This document shows positions 14,360 to 20,000 of a stretch of DNA of 20,000 nucleotides, piece by piece. A model generated the notes under the pieces. It had not been told where the DNA came from, did not search any database, and saw only the letters and a program-made list of their open reading frames with translations. Position numbers and translations under genes: made by a program. The first letter of the stretch is position 1, and each line of letters starts with the position of its first letter. The DNA is taken from IMG/VR virus record IMGVR_UViG_3300042569_003179; one strand, 5' to 3'. The DNA is from an uncultured virus (IMG/VR IMGVR_UViG_3300042569_003179) (taxonomy: Duplodnaviria; Heunggongvirae; Uroviricota; Caudoviricetes).

Positions 14360-14572
14360 TCAATCCGTACATTCCTCCATGGTAATCTCAAATCCGGAAA
14401 ATTCCCGCTGCGAAGGGAAGCGATCCTCGTAGTATCCGATTGGGCTCTCATACAGAGCTTGAACACTGGTAACCCTGTGGTCCGGGTATTGTGTTTCTAG
14501 AGAAGAAACCATGGCTTCTTTCACAGCTTCGAGATCAAGTTTGACTTTGGCGAAGTGCCTGAGTTTAGTCAT
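14360..14572 (-). CDS. small hypothetical protein (70 aa)
   Basis: ATGA overlap with upstream gene. Confidence 0.75.
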   Translation of the reverse strand: MTKLRHFAKVKLDLEAVKEAMVSSLETQYPDHRVTSVQALYESPIGYYEDRFPSQREFSGFEITMEECTD

Positions 14573-14805
14573 CGGTCCCAGTAAGAAGAATTACGAGTTT
14601 CTGAAGGTTTCAGAACGATCTCAACCCCTTCGAAAGTAGTGCCGCTAACTTCGTGCCTCATGTCGGTTTGTGTGGAAGCGTTGAATGAGATTTGATCCGC
14701 AACAAAGTTAGGGAAAGATTTCCCAACTTCTTGCCTAATAAGTGCCTCAATTTGAGTTTTTGTAAGAGATACCCGTACCGGGGTGTTATTAAAAAGGTTG
14801 CTCAT
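14569..14805 (-). CDS. small hypothetical protein (78 aa)
   Basis: ATG ORF coupled to the next gene. Confidence 0.75.
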   Translation of the reverse strand: MSNLFNNTPVRVSLTKTQIEALIRQEVGKSFPNFVADQISFNASTQTDMRHEVSGTTFEGVEIVLKPSETRNSSYWDR

Positions 14806-14836
14806 TGATGTGTGTGTTCAGGGGGGGGGGGGGGGA

Positions 14837-15079
14837 TTAAGTGCAGGGTCGATCGTAACGTACAAGCTGCTCATCGTTGGTAACGTAACTCTCACCTAAA
14901 TAATGAAAGCATCTGTTACGGATGAGAAACCACTCAGTTGTGTTGTCGTCGTCACTCTTAGCTAGTAACAGGTCATGATCAAAACCTACATAGTAGTTGT
15001 GGTTGTAGTGGCTAATTTCCTCAATTCTTTTGAATTGCTCCATTTGCAATCCGTTTGGGTACTTTTCTACGGGGTTCAT
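14837..15079 (-). CDS. hypothetical protein (80 aa, MNPVEKYPNG...)
   Basis: Internal ATG chosen; the upstream extension looks non-coding. Confidence 0.7.
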   Translation of the reverse strand: MNPVEKYPNGLQMEQFKRIEEISHYNHNYYVGFDHDLLLAKSDDDNTTEWFLIRNRCFHYLGESYVTNDEQLVRYDRPCT

Positions 15080-15209
15080 AAATGAAATGTCGGTGATCAA
15101 ACTAAGCCTAACGTCTTTACAGGGGGGAAGGCAAGCCGGAGAACTGGGCCAAAAGATTCGGGTAACCGTCCTACTTGTCAGGGCAATCACTCAGTCTCCC
15201 CATAGCCAA

Positions 15210-15338
15210 TCAGCGGCGGTAAGGGGAAGCCCAATAAACCCGCCAAACGCTGATGCAAATAGCAAGCGTCGAAATAATGCCGATAAGACCTAGGAAAGTG
15301 GTAGCGTTGCCGGTGAAATCTAGAGAGTCGGGAGCCAT
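15210..15338 (-). CDS. small single-TM membrane protein (42 aa, MAPDSLDFTGNATTFLGLIGIISTLAICISVWRVYWASPYRR)
   Basis: Manually read; one hydrophobic helix with a basic C-terminus. Confidence 0.7.
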   Translation of the reverse strand: MAPDSLDFTGNATTFLGLIGIISTLAICISVWRVYWASPYRR

Positions 15339-15384
15339 GGTTGATTGGTTGGTTGGTTGATTGTCAACTAAAGCAGGGTCAAAA

Positions 15385-15570
15385 TCACATACGACTCAGG
15401 ACAAACTCAACTTCTTCTAAAGTTGCTTTTTCAGGATCTACGAATTCCGCATAGATGTAATCTACAGGGAGACCATAAAAATCAGCCATTTTCTCACAAA
15501 GTACATACTTTAGGAGTTCTGGTTCAATAGAAGAGTCAATTAGCATGGGTCTCAAGGCGATTTTGAACAT
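15385..15570 (-). CDS. hypothetical protein (MFKIALRP...)
   Basis: ORF; start uncertain (15570 or 15621). Confidence 0.65.
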   Translation of the reverse strand: MFKIALRPMLIDSSIEPELLKYVLCEKMADFYGLPVDYIYAEFVDPEKATLEEVEFVLSRM

Positions 15571-15689
15571 GGGCTTGATCGCAGGAACGGCGAAGAACCC
15601 GGTACCAACCCCGTGAACCATAGTACCATACAGAAAAAGGGGAGTGTCAACCCCCCGTGATTTACCGGTTCCTGCGACCCGCGCTCAAA

Positions 15690-15815
15690 TCAGTTATCAT
15701 CACAACGGTTTCTCGAAGCTTCCCTGAGGTTGATTTCTGTCTCTAGGTCAATTAGTTGTTTCAGATACAGTCCATACTCCGACGAAATGAGATCCGCCAG
15801 GGAAGAATCATCCAA
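15690..15815 (-). CDS. possible small protein (41 aa, TTG start)
   Basis: Helical-looking 3' part of ORF 15690..15932 overlapping the AbrB-like stop. Confidence 0.35.
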   Translation of the reverse strand: MDDSSLADLISSEYGLYLKQLIDLETEINLREASRNRCDDN

Positions 15816-15990
15816 CTTTTCTAAATATGATCCTCCCAGCAAAGAGTTCGATTCCAAGTGTATCTCCTTCTTTCCAATTAACCGCTTGTAAAAGCTCATC
15901 AGGGAAGTCAAGAATGAGGTTGCCATTTTCATCGGATGATAGTTTAGTAGTTAGCTGAGTGTTTTCAGTGGTTTCTGGGTTTAGGTTCAT
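15808..15990 (-). CDS. AbrB/MazE-like swapped-hairpin DNA-binding protein
   Basis: DENGNLILDFPDELLQAVNWKEGDTLGIE pattern. Confidence 0.75.
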   Translation of the reverse strand: MNLNPETTENTQLTTKLSSDENGNLILDFPDELLQAVNWKEGDTLGIELFAGRIIFRKVG

Positions 15991-16037
15991 TTTGCTGCGG
16001 GGTTTACGATTTAATGTTAAACAGCAAGGTCACAATC

Positions 16038-16232
16038 TCATGACAAGCACCCATTTTCTATAATTTGTAGGTTTAACTTAGGGTCAGCCATTAGTAGATC
16101 ATTCCTCATGTTTTGGATTCGTAACCTGTTTTTAGAAGTTGCCTGAAGTTTGGCGTGGCTTTGAACGACTGTTTTACCATCCATCTCCACTAATTCCAAT
16201 GTACTTTCTGGGAAATTTCTGGGTGGGATCAT
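16038..16232 (-). CDS. hypothetical protein (64 aa)
   Basis: ATGA overlap with upstream ORF. Confidence 0.65.
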   Translation of the reverse strand: MIPPRNFPESTLELVEMDGKTVVQSHAKLQATSKNRLRIQNMRNDLLMADPKLNLQIIENGCLS

Positions 16233-16399
16233 TGGGTTCTCGTATTCTTTTCGGTTGGCACTATGGTAACGCCACTATCGTCTTCACCTTCTTCATGAAG
16301 GGATCTTGTAGCAGAGGCTACGGAAAGGAACTCCCTCGCCATGGTACTCCAACTTAAACCATCCCAATAGCAACCATCGGCTCTAACAACTAGAAACAT
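16229..16399 (-). CDS. hypothetical protein (56 aa, MFLVVRADGCYWDGLSW...)
   Basis: Manually read; GGAGG RBS upstream, directly after promoter 16423-16450. Confidence 0.7.
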   Translation of the reverse strand: MFLVVRADGCYWDGLSWSTMAREFLSVASATRSLHEEGEDDSGVTIVPTEKNTRTQ

Positions 16400-16422
16400 C
16401 GGGTGACCTCCACTCTGTCACC

Positions 16423-16450
16423 AGTATAGCAGGACCGCCAGAAAAGTCAA
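16423..16450 (-). promoter_or_regulatory. sigma70-like promoter
   Basis: TTGACT-16-TATACT, extended -10 TG. Confidence 0.65.
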
Positions 16451-16475
16451 TGGGTTAGCCGAATGCTGTCAGCAA

Positions 16476-16910
16476 TCAGTGTCCTAAGGCTTGTTGAAGC
16501 AAGCTTTGGTTGTGCAAAATTTCGCTAGACATTGATTGCAAGTAGTCTGCTAAGCCTACCATTCTCGGGTCCCCTTTGAAAGAACTTGTGTATTCAAAGA
16601 ATAATGAGACCATACCATTGACTGCCATTGTGTAGTCTAAAGTTAGGGCCAGCAACGACAAGCAGTCATAGGTTTGCATGGAAATAGCGGGACCAGAAAA
16701 TTCGGGGAAATCTGGATTGTAACCACAACCACGCAACCTTTCGATGAGGCCGTCCATTAGGCCGTTAAGGGAATCATATACCCGGTCAAACAGCAAATGA
16801 CATTCATAGAAATTACTACCACGTACATTCCAATGAGCCATGTGCAACACAATGGTTGCATCATTCAAGAGTTTGACAGTTTTTTTAGCATAGACAGTGA
16901 GTTCTTCCAT
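16476..16910 (-). CDS. dps: Dps/ferritin-like protein
   Basis: AHWNVRGSNFYECHLLFD...DGLIERLR Dps signature with ferroxidase H, H, D, D, E positions. Confidence 0.85.
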   Translation of the reverse strand: MEELTVYAKKTVKLLNDATIVLHMAHWNVRGSNFYECHLLFDRVYDSLNGLMDGLIERLRGCGYNPDFPEFSGPAISMQTYDCLSLLALTLDYTMAVNGMVSLFFEYTSSFKGDPRMVGLADYLQSMSSEILHNQSLLQQALGH

Positions 16911-16927
16911 TGGGTGCTTCAGGGTGC

Positions 16928-17203
16928 TTAGGGTGCTTTTAGATACATTTCAATAGCAACTTGATCATCTGATGATTCACATAATGCCAGGAATTCTTTG
17001 TCTGGATTATAATTAGCTAGACTTGTAATCAAGCTGTTTTCAAACTCAAAATAATCCCCACCTTTATCGAAATTTTTTAAAAATTGTAGCACATCAGCCC
17101 AGGACAAAAATTTACAGTCAGACGACGTATAGAAGTGAGCGCCCCTTTGGCCCAAGTGTGCCTCAAAACTTTCCATTAGGTAGGGATTATCCATAGCAAC
17201 CAT
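16928..17203 (-). CDS. hypothetical protein (~91 aa)
   Basis: TGATG overlap with the upstream stop; alternative start at 17221. Confidence 0.7.
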   Translation of the reverse strand: MVAMDNPYLMESFEAHLGQRGAHFYTSSDCKFLSWADVLQFLKNFDKGGDYFEFENSLITSLANYNPDKEFLALCESSDDQVAIEMYLKAP

Positions 17204-17829
17204 CAGTAACGAATCTGCCATTTACCGTCAGACTTTTCGCTGATTTTGAATGGGAATTTTTTAGAAGTTGCATCCGGGGGTGAATCATAGAAGATTCCAG
17301 CAAAAGACTTCCCATCTTCGGCCATCAGATAATTATTGGCTGCATTAGGGGGATTGCCGTTACGGTCGGTAACATTAGTTACCCCATCAAGATAGACAGA
17401 GGAAATTACTTTCTTAAAGAAAAGCTCCATTTTGCTAGATAGACCTTCGTCATCTTCGGCAAAGTCAAAATCAAATTCATCTTCGGCAAAGTCGGCGTCT
17501 GGCTCTATTTGATGCAGGAGTTTAGAGGATTGAATTTCTTCGGTGAACTCTGGATTTGGCCACTCATCGGGGTTAGTCCTAATTAGGGATTCAACTACTT
17601 TGATGTAGTCTTCATAGGTAGTTCCCTCGGCAAAGTCAACTTTGCTAAGTTGGGACAAAAGGGACACAGTACCATCTGAATATGAGTGATCCAGGGATGA
17701 CAAATAGGATTCTGGAACCGTGGAAAAATCTCCACCGGTCGCTTCCCATAACACATCGACTGCTTTTTTAGCTGCAGCAGTGAATGTATCGTCCTTGTCA
17801 AAATAAGGGTTTTTATCTATATGTAGCAT
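17203..17829 (-). CDS. acidic hypothetical protein with repeated DFAE motifs (possible virion head protein)
   Basis: 208-aa ORF containing VDFAE, ADFAE and FDFAE. Confidence 0.75.
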   Translation of the reverse strand: MLHIDKNPYFDKDDTFTAAAKKAVDVLWEATGGDFSTVPESYLSSLDHSYSDGTVSLLSQLSKVDFAEGTTYEDYIKVVESLIRTNPDEWPNPEFTEEIQSSKLLHQIEPDADFAEDEFDFDFAEDDEGLSSKMELFFKKVISSVYLDGVTNVTDRNGNPPNAANNYLMAEDGKSFAGIFYDSPPDATSKKFPFKISEKSDGKWQIRY

Positions 17830-17886
17830 GATAGTTAGATGACCGGTTGATTTTACCCGAAGGTTATCCTAGTTTTACCCTCTCGA

Positions 17887-18960
17887 TCACTTCAGCGTAT
17901 ACCACCCTTCCCCCCAGAGATTATCCAAATCTGTGAATACCTTGTCGTACCTCCTGCCGCAAGCTTCAAGGCTGTAGCGACCCCGAGCAATTTCTGCTAT
18001 TTTCTGGCGATCCAGGTCTCCAGCATTGTGGCAAGCATCGACCCAATCTTGTAACGTATGGCAACGGAACCCGGTAGTCCCCTCAATGACGGTTTCTGTA
18101 AAGGCCCCGTAATCTACTCCGATAAGGGGTGTCCCACACAACATACCCTCAACACCAGACCCACCAAAAGGCTCAGTAAATATCGTGGGCATAAGGCAAG
18201 CACGGGCATTTCGTAGGAAGTCATTTCGTTCTTTACCTTTTAGGGGACCAACATAGCGAATGTTAGGGTGTTGCCACGGGGCAGGGTCCCCCTGACCAGC
18301 CAGGAAAATAGGGTATGGCACATGGTCTGCAAGTGCTTTGATTGTGTCTAGGCCCTTGAGGGGTGTTATCCTGCCGAGGAACGCCAAGTATTCTCCGGTC
18401 TCAAATGATGGTTGCCAATCCTCAAGGTCGAAGTAATTAGGGATGACCCACTCATAGTTATGGCCATTCCGATTCCCTTTCCCTTGGTGATAGTGCATCC
18501 ATGCATATGACTCATATATTTTTTTTGTTCCGGGCATTGTGGTCGGATACCCAATTCCCGTCTCAACGTGTGTGTTTTTAGGAAATTCACCCAACAGCAT
18601 AGAATGGGCATGGCCGAATGGGTGGCAAATTATGTCACGGGTTTGAACACGTTCGTGTAATGCTGGAATCAGTCGAGATTCAAAAAGCTGGTGTCCCTCG
18701 GTGCCAACTGTAGCATCGTCCCCATGGAAACTGGTACCGGGGCGGTTGCCGTATAACCGGCCAAATTCTGGTTCCGTAAGCATAGTAACATGCTCAGATG
18801 CGTTGGCTTCGGAACCTTCATTTGCGTATTCAATTACGGTGTAACCTTGAGCCATCATCATCTTTGCAAAGCGTAATGCCTTGCCAGTGAATGCACAATG
18901 GCTATATTGTTGGGTAGGTTGAGTGTGGAAAATTCCGATGAGGTGCAGGGTTGGTTTCAT
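17887..18960 (-). CDS. GT-B fold glycosyltransferase, GT4 family
   Basis: FLGRITPLKG, EPFGGSGVEGMLCGTP (ExFG..xE) and ETVIEGTTGF motifs. Confidence 0.92.
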   Translation of the reverse strand: MKPTLHLIGIFHTQPTQQYSHCAFTGKALRFAKMMMAQGYTVIEYANEGSEANASEHVTMLTEPEFGRLYGNRPGTSFHGDDATVGTEGHQLFESRLIPALHERVQTRDIICHPFGHAHSMLLGEFPKNTHVETGIGYPTTMPGTKKIYESYAWMHYHQGKGNRNGHNYEWVIPNYFDLEDWQPSFETGEYLAFLGRITPLKGLDTIKALADHVPYPIFLAGQGDPAPWQHPNIRYVGPLKGKERNDFLRNARACLMPTIFTEPFGGSGVEGMLCGTPLIGVDYGAFTETVIEGTTGFRCHTLQDWVDACHNAGDLDRQKIAEIARGRYSLEACGRRYDKVFTDLDNLWGEGWYTLK

Positions 18961-19067
18961 TTTGTGGTTGTTGAAGGTTTTACAGTAAGGTGCTTAAAGT
19001 TGGTTGGTGCCCATGGTTAGGTGGGGTTCTGGGTGTGGCATGGCAGAGGCAGAAGGGGCCCAGGGTG

Positions 19068-20000
19068 CTACACCGTGGGAGCGTTAACCTTGTACGGGTG
19101 TCCTGCGGGGAGGTTGCCTTGCAAGTTCCATCCCGCTACAGGACCAGCGACGTAGCCCTCTGCCCGCAGGATGGTGTCCTGGGTAGTGCCAAGCGGCAAG
19201 ATGCCGATAATGTATATGTCGCCGACAAGCGGAAATGAATTAATACCCGCTGCCCCAACCTGCAGTTGAAATGTAGCGTTTGCCGTAGAGGCGGCACTTG
19301 TGGCTATATTGTTTTTGAACTCTGTGCCATTGATCCTGAGTATGGACCTATCGGCTGGGAGGGATGCAGCGGGGTTAGACGTATGGACAATTATTGTAGG
19401 TGTATTTGCTGGGTGCGTATTATTCGCTGATGCGTTTTGCGCTGTAGGCTGGTTAGTAACACCGCGAACAATTTGCGCAAGCGCCGAGTCGTTTTTGGTA
19501 GCACTCAGCCTGTCGTCGAAACCCATGGCGAAGCCATGGTTTAGTGTTGCAAAGCCACTGTTCCCTAACAAGCCGTAAAAAGCGTTAGGGTTGCTGTTGG
19601 TTCCAGCTCTCCACACGGCAACCACCGTTGAACCAGCTCCGGCGGCTGTATGAAGAAAATTGAATACTGACGCCAAGCCTGCAAAGGTAAGCCATTGCGT
19701 GCCACTAAAGGTAAGACTGGCTTTGTTATTTAGCGCGTTCGCTGTAATAGTGGGCCGACTCCCGGCGGCGCCGTCAAATACCTTGCCGTTGTTCTTGAAG
19801 TCCCGTATCTGGGCTACAGCATTAGATGCGATCGTGATAGTACTGGCCTCGTTCGGCAGCAGCAGCAGCTCAGTGGCCGTGTCCGCGAGGGTCCATGGAG
19901 TTGTCCCCACCCTCCGCCTAGGAACAATAATCACCGGTTGCACCTCACGATTTGATAGCCCAGCGGCAGGGGTGATCCATGGGGGAGGGAAACGCAATCC
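19068..20000 (-). CDS. virion/tail-associated protein with LamG/concanavalin-like domain (5' end probably outside window)
   Basis: A/T/G/N-rich beta-type sequence ending in LPAGHPYKVNAP; frame open to the window edge. Confidence 0.6.
   Translation of the reverse strand, partial: GLRFPPPWITPAAGLSNREVQPVIIVPRRRVGTTPWTLADTATELLLLPNEASTITIASNAVAQIRDFKNNGKVFDGAAGSRPTITANALNNKASLTFSGTQWLTFAGLASVFNFLHTAAGAGSTVVAVWRAGTNSNPNAFYGLLGNSGFATLNHGFAMGFDDRLSATKNDSALAQIVRGVTNQPTAQNASANNTHPANTPTIIVHTSNPAASLPADRSILRINGTEFKNNIATSAASTANATFQLQVGAAGINSFPLVGDIYIIGILPLGTTQDTILRAEGYVAGPVAGWNLQGNLPAGHPYKVNAPTV

Noticed and set aside
14821..14835. G15 run (and G12 at 3260-3272) as functional phase-variation or G-quadruplex elements
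   Set aside because: One is intergenic and the other in frame, and run lengths appear unreliable in this sequence.
15690..15990. AbrB-like gene plus downstream ORF as a toxin-antitoxin pair
   Set aside because: The downstream ORF is ~41 aa with no PIN, MazF or Doc features.
572..19578. Plus-strand ORFs (e.g. 2156-2509, 10894-11319, 13247-13636, 19300-19578)
   Set aside because: Antisense shadows of well-supported minus-strand genes, with no motifs.

Overview
This is a 20-kb, almost entirely minus-strand segment of a large dsDNA phage genome, probably a cyanophage. That host call is an inference from a cyanobacterial-type NadA, a G1·U72/A73 tRNA-Glu, the UCAGG/CCUGA fMet anticodon stem and tRNAs without encoded CCA. 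The core (about 4.9-8.45 kb, with outliers at 1.3, 2.6 and 3.8 kb) is an RNA-gene cluster with 15 recognisable tRNAs, one tRNA with an aberrant anticodon arm, and a tRNA-Ala remnant. It also holds four enlarged (127-232 nt) tRNA-like RNAs that keep acceptor and T arms but replace the anticodon arm with multi-helix or pseudoknotted inserts. Two of these share a 14-nt motif resembling a tmRNA resume site, followed by short tag-like ORFs. Three repeated CAGC(A/G)A stem elements, two with anticodon-arm-like hairpins, follow tRNAs. A Thg1-like 3'-5' polymerase lies beside the cluster, although tRNA-His already encodes G-1, and several RNAs have 1:72 mismatches. Protein genes include a SAM methyltransferase, DUF3307, ATP-dependent DNA ligase plus a stand-alone copy of its N-terminal domain, NadA, an AbrB-like protein, Dps, a GT4 glycosyltransferase, a partial tail/virion protein and many small hypotheticals. 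Two genes are broken by +1 frameshifts in G homopolymers, possibly sequencing errors. All structures and family calls were made by eye; no searches or folding programs were run.
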